Shown: positions 63,620 through 64,000 of the stretch, piece after piece
How positions within the stretch are numbered: position 1 is the first letter of the stretch
Layout of the letters: each line of letters begins with the position of its first letter
Origin: Macrostomum lignano
Taxonomy: Eukaryota
Length of the DNA stretch: 64,000 bases
Direction of reading: 5' to 3'
Assembly (NCBI GenBank): GCA_002269645.1
Contig: NIVC01001567.1
Coordinates: 186,001-250,000 of the forward strand
Notes under the pieces: model-generated
Database searches by the model: none
The model's input: only the letters and a program-made list of their open reading frames with translations
Told to the model about the DNA's origin: nothing
Position numbers and translations under genes: made by a program

Positions 63620-64000
63620 GTGAGAGCTTTGATGCAATTGCTGTAGAAAAAAAGTAATTTTAAAGCTGTGAAAATTCTTTATCAGTTAACACGTCGAACT
63701 CGCTAAAAATATTGAAAAATCGCAATGATACTCTGTTTCAGTTGGAGCCAGAGTGTGCTTATAACACTCAGCAGGTACTCTATAGCTCACTTTGTTCAGC
63801 ATATTAAACTTTAAGCAGCAAAACGAAAACTAAAAATTAACAATTTTACTACTCACTTCACCTGATCGGTCTGCGAGACACTCTGCTCGAAATATGCCAA
63901 AGTCAGGCCCCCAGAGATTGCTTTGAAGCATAGCGGCTTTATTGCGGAAGTGGACAACCTCGTGTAGTCTTCGTTTAGGACAAGAGGGGCTCTCAAAATA

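Overview
Eukaryotic (animal) genomic DNA, most likely a free-living flatworm such as Macrostomum. This is inferred from the flatworm-type ATP synthase c residues, GC-rich exons, GT-AG introns and introns packed with minisatellites. All recognisable genes are on the + strand: N-myristoyltransferase (5 exons), mitochondrial ATP synthase subunit c, an ELOVL4-like elongase (4 exons), a strongly diverged type II pantothenate-kinase-like gene (6 exons), an orphan GC-rich ORF, and an Elk/Kv12 (KCNH8-like) K+ channel with 12 exons that runs off the window end. The most striking feature is in the last NMT intron. It holds 13 near-identical 72-nt box C/D snoRNA units with the SNORD74/snR64-type guide GATAGGGACAT-CTGA (antisense to large-subunit rRNA), separated by variable 17-bp minisatellite spacers. 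A diverged 14th copy lies upstream of the ATP synthase c CDS. Mobile DNA includes a non-autonomous Helitron made almost entirely of a ~53-bp satellite, a decayed Penelope-like retroelement with a hammerhead ribozyme and an unusual endonuclease placement, several MITEs/TIR elements and a CORE-like tRNA SINE. Most ORFs in the supplied track are translations of minisatellites. All assignments were made by eye; no database searches were run.
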